A DNA stretch of 64,000 nucleotides. Source: Collinsella sp. Its GTDB lineage: Bacteria > Actinomycetota > Coriobacteriia > Coriobacteriales > Coriobacteriaceae. A model generated the notes under the pieces. That model was not told where the DNA came from. It saw only the letters and a program-made list of their open reading frames with translations, and did not search any database. The stretch spans positions 29,319 through 93,318 of the forward strand of contig JAGZDZ010000002.1 in the NCBI GenBank assembly GCA_018368535.1, given 5' to 3'. This document shows positions 57,320-64,000 of the stretch, one piece after another (position 1 is the first letter of the stretch; every line of letters begins with the position of its first letter). A program made the position numbers and the translations under genes.

Positions 57320-57772
57320 ATGAGCATCAATCGAGTGAACATCACCGGTAACCTCACCCGCGATCCCGAGCTGCGCGCCACCGCCGGCGGAACCCAGGTT
57401 CTGTCCTTTGGCGTCGCCGTGAACGATCGTCGCCGCAACGCGCAGACTGGCGAGTGGGAGGACTATCCCAACTTTGTCGACTGCACCATGTTCGGCACCC
57501 GCGCCGAGGCCGTGAGCCGTTTCCTGGCAAAGGGAAACAAGGTCGCGATCGAGGGCAAGCTGCGCTACAGCTCTTGGGAGCGCGACGGCCAGCGCCGGAG
57601 CAAGCTTGAGGTCATCGTCGATGAGATCGAGTTTATGAGCTCCCGTGGTGGCCAGGGTGGCTACGACCAGGGCGGTTACGCCCCCGCAGCTTCCGCGCCC
57701 GCAGCACGTCCTGCCGCGCCGGTGGCTACGCCGCCCGCGGTCGACGTCTACGATGAGGACATCCCGTTCTAA
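57320..57772 (+). CDS. ssb: single-stranded DNA-binding protein (chromosomal)
   Basis: MSINRVNITGNLTRDPELR OB fold. Gly-rich tail ending DVYDEDIPF. Confidence 0.9.
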   Translation: MSINRVNITGNLTRDPELRATAGGTQVLSFGVAVNDRRRNAQTGEWEDYPNFVDCTMFGTRAEAVSRFLAKGNKVAIEGKLRYSSWERDGQRRSKLEVIVDEIEFMSSRGGQGGYDQGGYAPAASAPAARPAAPVATPPAVDVYDEDIPF

Positions 57773-57844
57773 GGGTTGTTCACCTATTTTTGAGTGAGAG
57801 GCGGCTTCGGTTCGCCGAAGTTGCCAAATGAAAGGTATTTTGAC

Positions 57845-58111
57845 ATGGCTAATGATTTTTCTGCACGTCAGCCGCGTCGTAAGTACTGCCAGTTCTGCAA
57901 GGAGAACACTGAGTTCATCGACTATAAGGACACTCAGCTTCTCCGTAAGTACATGACCGACCGTGGCAAGATCAAGCCCCGTCGCGTCACTGGCGCTTGC
58001 ACGCAGCATCAGCATGACATCGCCAACGCCATCAAGCGCGCCCGCGAGATGGCTCTCCTGCCGTACACCGTCCCCGTGGTTTCCTCTCGTGGCAACCGCG
58101 ACCGCGGCTAA
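57845..58111 (+). CDS. rpsR: 30S ribosomal protein S18
   Basis: [40 protein letters not shown]. Confidence 0.9.
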   Translation: MANDFSARQPRRKYCQFCKENTEFIDYKDTQLLRKYMTDRGKIKPRRVTGACTQHQHDIANAIKRAREMALLPYTVPVVSSRGNRDRG

Positions 58112-58126
58112 GAAGGGAGACGCATC

Positions 58127-58666
58127 ATGAAGGTTATTCTTCTCGATGAGATCAAGGGCAAGGGCGGCGAGGGTGACGTCGTAGAGGTCGCTCAGGGTTA
58201 CGCTGAGAACTTCCTGTTCCCCAAGAAGCTCGCTGTTGCCGCCACCAAGGGCAACCTCAAGCAGCTTGACGAGCGTCGCAACAACATCGCCAAGCGCGAG
58301 GCCGTCCGTCTGGCTACCGCCAACGAGACCAAGGCTGCCTTCGAGGGCAAGACGGTCACCGTTGACGTCAAGGTCGGCGACGAGGGCATCCTCTTTGGCT
58401 CCGTTACCGCCGCTATGATCGCTGATGCCATCAAGGCTCAGCTCGGTATGGACATCGACCGCAAGCGCGTCGAGCTCGGTAAGCCCATCAAGGTTGCCGG
58501 TGCCCACACCGTTGCCATCTCGCTGTACCGCGAGATCAAGGCCGAGGTTGTCGTTCTCGTCGGCGTTACCGCCGAGGAGCTCGCTGCCGAGGCTGAGGTC
58601 GAGGAGGCCGCTGAGGTCGCCGAGGCCGAGACCGCCGAGGTCGAGACTGAGGCTGCTGCCGAGTAG
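58127..58666 (+). CDS. rplI: 50S ribosomal protein L9
   Basis: MKVILLDEIKGKGGEGDVVEVAQGYAENFLFPKKLA. Confidence 0.9.
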   Translation: MKVILLDEIKGKGGEGDVVEVAQGYAENFLFPKKLAVAATKGNLKQLDERRNNIAKREAVRLATANETKAAFEGKTVTVDVKVGDEGILFGSVTAAMIADAIKAQLGMDIDRKRVELGKPIKVAGAHTVAISLYREIKAEVVVLVGVTAEELAAEAEVEEAAEVAEAETAEVETEAAAE

Positions 58667-58700
58667 CATTTGCTGCAACGCAACAATCTTGTTCTAAGAA

Positions 58701-58740
58701 GGGCGCTCTGGGAAACCAGGGCGCCCTTTTGTTTTTTGCG
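58701..58740 (+). terminator. rho-independent terminator after rplI
   Basis: AGGGCGCTCTGG-gaaa-CCAGGGCGCCCT followed by TTTTGTTTTTTG. Confidence 0.65.
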
Positions 58741-58890
58741 CTGAGTGAGTGTCATGGTGAACGTTGCGTCGAAGTCCTATATACAGGACCGTTCATCCGT
58801 TTGGTTCGGTGATGATTGGCGGCGCGCGGCGCGTTTTGGGACCGTAGCTGATACTATGGATGCTCGCAAGCGATATGAATGAGGATGCTC

Positions 58891-60282
58891 ATGGCATATG
58901 ACGATAGGGAGACCGGGCTGACGGTCGAGGACCGCGGCTCAAAGTTGGGTCTTCCCCAAAACCAAGATGCAGAGGCCAATGTGCTGGCCGCTATGCTGCT
59001 ATCGCCCGAGGTGGTCGAAGAAGCCCAGGTCGAGCTGCAGCCCGATGACTTCTACCGGCCCATTCATAAGACCATCTATACCGCGATGGTCGATATGTAC
59101 AACAGCCGCATTCCCATCGACTCCATCTCGCTGATCGATTACCTGCGAAGCATCAACAAGCTCGATGCCGTGGGCGGCGAAGCGTACATTTTGGAGTTGA
59201 TGGGTCAGACCCTGTCGCTCGTCAACTGGCAGCATCATGCCGCCATCGTTCGCCGCGATTCGATGCTGCGTGAGCTGATCGGCGCCACCAACGAGATCAA
59301 CGCGCTGGCATATAATGCCCCCACCGACACCAAAGAGGTTGTCGAGCTGGCCGAGAGCAAGCTGCTCAAGGTTACGGCGCGCGAGGTCAAGTCGAGTTAC
59401 AAGACGTTGACCGAGTTTATGGTCGAGGCCTATAACGAGGCCGAGGAAGTGTGCCAGGCCGGTGGCCAGGCTGCGGGCGTGCCCACGGGCTTCCCGTCGC
59501 TCGACCGCATGCTCATGGGCTTCCGCGAGGGTCAGCTCATCATTATCGGCGCCCGTCCTGCTGTAGGTAAGACGTCGTTCGCTCTGAACCTGGCACTTAA
59601 CGCTGCCGCTGCTGGTTATACCGTCGGCTTCTTCTCGCTGGAGATGTCGGGCAAGGAAATTGCCCAGCGTCTGATTTGCGCCTACGCCATGATCTCGATC
59701 AGTGACTTCCGCATGGGCCGTATTAGCCCCGAACAGTGGGCCAATATCAACGAGGCCACGCAGACCTTGTCCAAGCTCGATATTCTGATTGACGATACGC
59801 CCGGCACCACAGTGACCGAGATTCGCGCCAAGAGCCGCCGTATGCTCCATAACAAGGAGAAGGCAATCATCATCCTGGACTACCTGCAGCTGGTGAGTCC
59901 TCCGCCGGGACGCCGCTCCGAGAGCCGTACCGTCGAGGTTTCGGAGATGTCGCGTGGTCTGAAGATCATGGCCAAGGAGCTCAAGATCCCGCTCATCGCG
60001 CTGTCGCAGCTCTCGCGTCAGGTCGAATCCCGTACCGGCAAGCGCCCGCAGCTTTCCGACCTTCGTGAATCGGGCTCCATCGAGCAGGACGCCGATATCG
60101 TCATGTTCTTGGACCGCTCCGCCGACGAGGCCGAAGCCTCGCGCGACGATCGACCCGACGAGGGCGTTACGCGTATCGTCGTGGCCAAGAACCGTTCGGG
60201 CCCGATCGGCGACGTCGACCTGATGTTCCTGCCGGCATCCACCAAGTTCTATGAGCTTGATGGGGCACATGCCGAGGAGTAG
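58891..60282 (+). CDS. dnaB: replicative DNA helicase DnaB
   Basis: Walker A GARPAVGKTSFALN. Walker B IIILDYLQL. Arg finger region. The ORF track used 58879; 58891 has GAGGA upstream. Confidence 0.9.
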   Translation: MAYDDRETGLTVEDRGSKLGLPQNQDAEANVLAAMLLSPEVVEEAQVELQPDDFYRPIHKTIYTAMVDMYNSRIPIDSISLIDYLRSINKLDAVGGEAYILELMGQTLSLVNWQHHAAIVRRDSMLRELIGATNEINALAYNAPTDTKEVVELAESKLLKVTAREVKSSYKTLTEFMVEAYNEAEEVCQAGGQAAGVPTGFPSLDRMLMGFREGQLIIIGARPAVGKTSFALNLALNAAAAGYTVGFFSLEMSGKEIAQRLICAYAMISISDFRMGRISPEQWANINEATQTLSKLDILIDDTPGTTVTEIRAKSRRMLHNKEKAIIILDYLQLVSPPPGRRSESRTVEVSEMSRGLKIMAKELKIPLIALSQLSRQVESRTGKRPQLSDLRESGSIEQDADIVMFLDRSADEAEASRDDRPDEGVTRIVVAKNRSGPIGDVDLMFLPASTKFYELDGAHAEE

Positions 60283-60366
60283 GACAGGCGCCCGTTGCAC
60301 GGGTATACTGGGAATGTTTTGTGCTTCTGCGTGCCGGCATGGCGCGTAGACAGTCCATGAATGTGA

Positions 60367-61662
<1,296 letters not shown>

Positions 61663-61779
61663 TCGGTTTATACGGTTATTGCGATATACCCCTTTGCAGC
61701 CCAGACGGGCGGCCGAGGGGTATATTTGCTTGCAAAGGGCTCGCGCGGAGCGGGCCATTCATCCATAGAGGAGGCACCC

Positions 61780-63084
61780 TTGAAGGCGGACACTCAAACC
61801 ATCGACATCCTGTTGTTGGGCAGCGGCGGCCGTGAGCATGCTTTGGCAGCTAAGCTCGCGGCATCACCGCGCGCCGGCAAGCTCTACATCGCGCCGGGTA
61901 ACGGCGGTACCGCGAGCTGCGGCGAGAACGTTGTTCTCGACGACTGCGATCCTGCGGCCGTGGCGGCGTTTGCGCAGAGCCACGGATGCGGACTCGTGGT
62001 GATTGGCCCCGAGGCTCCGCTCGTGGCGGGCGTGGCCGACGCCGTGCGCGCGGCGGGTATTCCCTGCTTTGGCCCGGGTGCCGAGGGCGCCCAGATGGAG
62101 GGCTCCAAGCTGTTCTCCAAGCAGCTCATGGAGCGCGCCGGTATCCCGACGGCAGCCTATGGTTCGTTTACCGACGAATCTTCGGCTCTTGCCTATGTGC
62201 GTGAGCAGGGCGCCCCGCTGGTCGTGAAGGCCGACGGCCTTGCTGCGGGCAAGGGCGTTATCGTGGCGACCGAACTTGAGCAGGCCGAGGAGGCCGTGCG
62301 CGAGTGCTTTGGCGGCACCTTTGGCGATGCCGGCAATACCGTGGTCATCGAGGAGATGCTGACCGGTCCCGAGTGCTCGCTGCTGGCCTTTACCGACGGC
62401 AAGACCGTGCGCCCCATGGCCACCTCGCAGGACCACAAGCGCGCGCTCGAGGGCGACAAGGGCCCCAACACCGGCGGCATGGGCGTCTACAGCCCGGTGC
62501 CCATCGTGACTGACGAGGAGCACGCCACCATGGTGAAGGTCATGGAGCAGACCGTGGCCGAGCTCGCTGCCGAGGGTATCGACTACCGCGGCTGCCTGTA
62601 CGGCGGCTTTATGCTCACGCCTGCCGGCCCCAAGGTGCTGGAGTTCAATGCCCGCTTTGGCGACCCCGAGACGCAGGTCGTGCTGCCGCGCCTTAAGAAC
62701 GACCTGGTCGAGGTCATGCTGGCTTGTGCCAACTGCGAGCTCGATCAGATTGAGCTCGACTGGCGTGACGAGTGGGCCGTGGCCGTTGTCCTGACGAGCG
62801 CGGGCTATCCCGGCAGCTACGAGAAGGGCAAGGTCATCACCGGTATCGCCAATGCCGAGGCCATGGAGAACGTGACCGTATACCACGCGGGCACCGCCGT
62901 GGTGGACGGCCAGCTCGTGACCAATGGTGGCCGCGTGCTTGCCGTGACCGCTCTGGGCGACACGTTCGAGAACGCTCGCAACCTTGCCTACGAGGCCTGC
63001 GAGAAGATTGATTTTGAGGGCAAGACCCTGCGTCACGACATCGGCCTGCGCGCGCTGCGCGGCCGCGACGCCTGGGATGCCTAA
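61780..63084 (+). CDS. purD: phosphoribosylamine--glycine ligase
   Basis: ATP-grasp motifs. [17 protein letters not shown] start 5 nt after GGAGG. The alternative ATG at 61726 from the ORF track is possible. Confidence 0.85.
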   Translation: MKADTQTIDILLLGSGGREHALAAKLAASPRAGKLYIAPGNGGTASCGENVVLDDCDPAAVAAFAQSHGCGLVVIGPEAPLVAGVADAVRAAGIPCFGPGAEGAQMEGSKLFSKQLMERAGIPTAAYGSFTDESSALAYVREQGAPLVVKADGLAAGKGVIVATELEQAEEAVRECFGGTFGDAGNTVVIEEMLTGPECSLLAFTDGKTVRPMATSQDHKRALEGDKGPNTGGMGVYSPVPIVTDEEHATMVKVMEQTVAELAAEGIDYRGCLYGGFMLTPAGPKVLEFNARFGDPETQVVLPRLKNDLVEVMLACANCELDQIELDWRDEWAVAVVLTSAGYPGSYEKGKVITGIANAEAMENVTVYHAGTAVVDGQLVTNGGRVLAVTALGDTFENARNLAYEACEKIDFEGKTLRHDIGLRALRGRDAWDA

Positions 63085-63096
63085 AATCCGAGAGGA

Positions 63097-63801
63097 ATGA
63101 GACGGATGGACGAGAAGAACGAAGAGCTCGTGGACGCGCAGATCGTCGAAGAGGACAGCCGCATGTATGGGCACGCCGAGGGCGAGCCTGGTGGCGAGGT
63201 CGCTGACGAGCCGGCACTGGTGCTGGGCGACGACGACCCGCACGATGCCGAGCTGCACGAGAAGATTCTTTCGGAGGAGTGCGCCTGGAAGGGCAAGATT
63301 CTCGACGTCCACCGTCTTGAGGTTGAGCTGCCCAACGGTCACCGCAGCGCCCGCGATATCGTTCGCCATCCGGGTGCGGCGGCCGTTGTGGCACTGACCG
63401 AGAGCGGCAAGATCGTACTGGTGCGTCAGTACCGCACCGCCATCGACCGCGTGACGGTCGAGATTCCCGCCGGCAAGCTCGATCCAGGCGAGGACCCGCT
63501 CGATTGCGCCAAGCGCGAACTGCATGAGGAGACGGGCTTTAGGGCCGGTCGCATTCGCTTTTTGACGTCGATTGTCACGTCCTGCGGTTTTTGCGATGAG
63601 ATCATCCACATCTACTTGGCTACCAAGCTCGAGTTTGATGCGCCCAACCCCGATGATGACGAGTTTGTCAACGTGGACCTGGTGCCGCTGCACGAGCTGA
63701 TCGACGCCGTGCTCGACGGCAAGATCGAAGACGCCAAGACCGTCGTAGGCGCCTTGGCCTGTGACAGCATCGCACACAGGCTGGGCGGAACTGAGCTTTA
63801 A
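63097..63801 (+). CDS. NUDIX hydrolase (ADP-ribose pyrophosphatase-like)
   Basis: Nudix box GKLDPGEDPLDCAKRELHEETGF. Confidence 0.8.
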   Translation: MRRMDEKNEELVDAQIVEEDSRMYGHAEGEPGGEVADEPALVLGDDDPHDAELHEKILSEECAWKGKILDVHRLEVELPNGHRSARDIVRHPGAAAVVALTESGKIVLVRQYRTAIDRVTVEIPAGKLDPGEDPLDCAKRELHEETGFRAGRIRFLTSIVTSCGFCDEIIHIYLATKLEFDAPNPDDDEFVNVDLVPLHELIDAVLDGKIEDAKTVVGALACDSIAHRLGGTEL

Positions 63802-63812
63802 AAGCGAGGGCG

Positions 63813-63870
63813 ACCCTGGGGCAAACGCTACTGATTATTTGCCCCAGGGTCTTACGTTATTGTTTTATCT
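63813..63870 (+). terminator. rho-independent terminator after the NUDIX gene
   Basis: ACCCTGGGGCAAA / TTTGCCCCAGGGT 13-bp stem, then a T-rich tract. Confidence 0.5.
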
Positions 63871-63881
63871 CCGAGGACTGC

Positions 63882-64000
63882 ATGTTTAAGAGGTTTCTTT
63901 CGTATTACGAGCCCCAGATGGGGCTTTTTGTTGCTGATACTGTTTGTGCTCTGGTGCTTGCCGCCATTGACCTGGCGTTCCCCATTATCCTGCGCAATTT
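63882..64000 (+). CDS. ABC exporter permease/ATPase, N-terminal fragment (continues past window end)
   Basis: MFKRFLSYYEPQMGLFVADTVCALVLAAIDLAFPIILRN is a typical type-I ABC exporter TM1 start. Confidence 0.5.
   Translation, partial: MFKRFLSYYEPQMGLFVADTVCALVLAAIDLAFPIILRN

Noticed and set aside
61663-61779. Purine riboswitch upstream of purD
   Set aside because: The hairpin at 61684-61730 looks like the purA terminator. No conserved purine-aptamer motifs were seen.

Overview
This window is a high-GC actinobacterial chromosome segment spanning the replication origin, with a complete prophage inserted in it. Gene content and composition suggest a Coriobacteriia-like organism; that is inference. 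The left third holds the classic origin neighbourhood: yidC', yidD, rnpA and rpmH on the minus strand, then dnaA, dnaN, recF, a DUF721/DciA-like gene, gyrB and gyrA on the plus strand. This is the same order as Rv0001-Rv0006 in M. tuberculosis. A DnaA-box-like repeat cluster and an AT-rich segment flank dnaA. An extra gene of unknown function sits between rpmH and dnaA. It encodes a GHKL-ATPase domain, a Gln/Pro/Tyr-rich low-complexity linker and a C-terminal winged helix-turn-helix. After gyrA come a 140-nt near-perfect hairpin, a tRNA-Ile / tRNA-Ala / tRNA-Ile array, a DUF151 nuclease operon, typA, a bactofilin-like membrane protein and a UPF0126 (TRIC) membrane protein. A complete siphovirus-like temperate prophage of about 37.6 kb occupies roughly 18.6-56.3 kb. 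Its modules run lysis, tail, head, packaging, replication/recombination, cro/cI switch, large serine integrase. The integrase 3' end overlaps the 3' end of a host tRNA-Ser(CGA). Inside the tail module is a clean diversity-generating retroelement: a reverse transcriptase, a 111-nt template repeat and a 111-nt variable repeat at the C-terminus of a 513-aa tail protein. All 11 mismatches fall at template-repeat adenines. Other oddities in the prophage are a TerS-TerL fusion terminase, a MuF-like head protein with a C-terminal HExxH module, a C5 methyltransferase interrupted at a C6 homopolymer, and a tail-chaperone -1 frameshift overlap. A perfect 25-nt copy of the tRNA-Ser 3' end lies in inverted orientation at the far prophage boundary, inside a hairpin-rich tRNA-like element. 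The right end returns to core genes: tRNA-Ser(CGA), tRNA-Ser(GGA), rpsF, ssb, rpsR, rplI, dnaB, purA, purD, a NUDIX hydrolase and the start of an ABC exporter. No CRISPR array or rRNA was seen.
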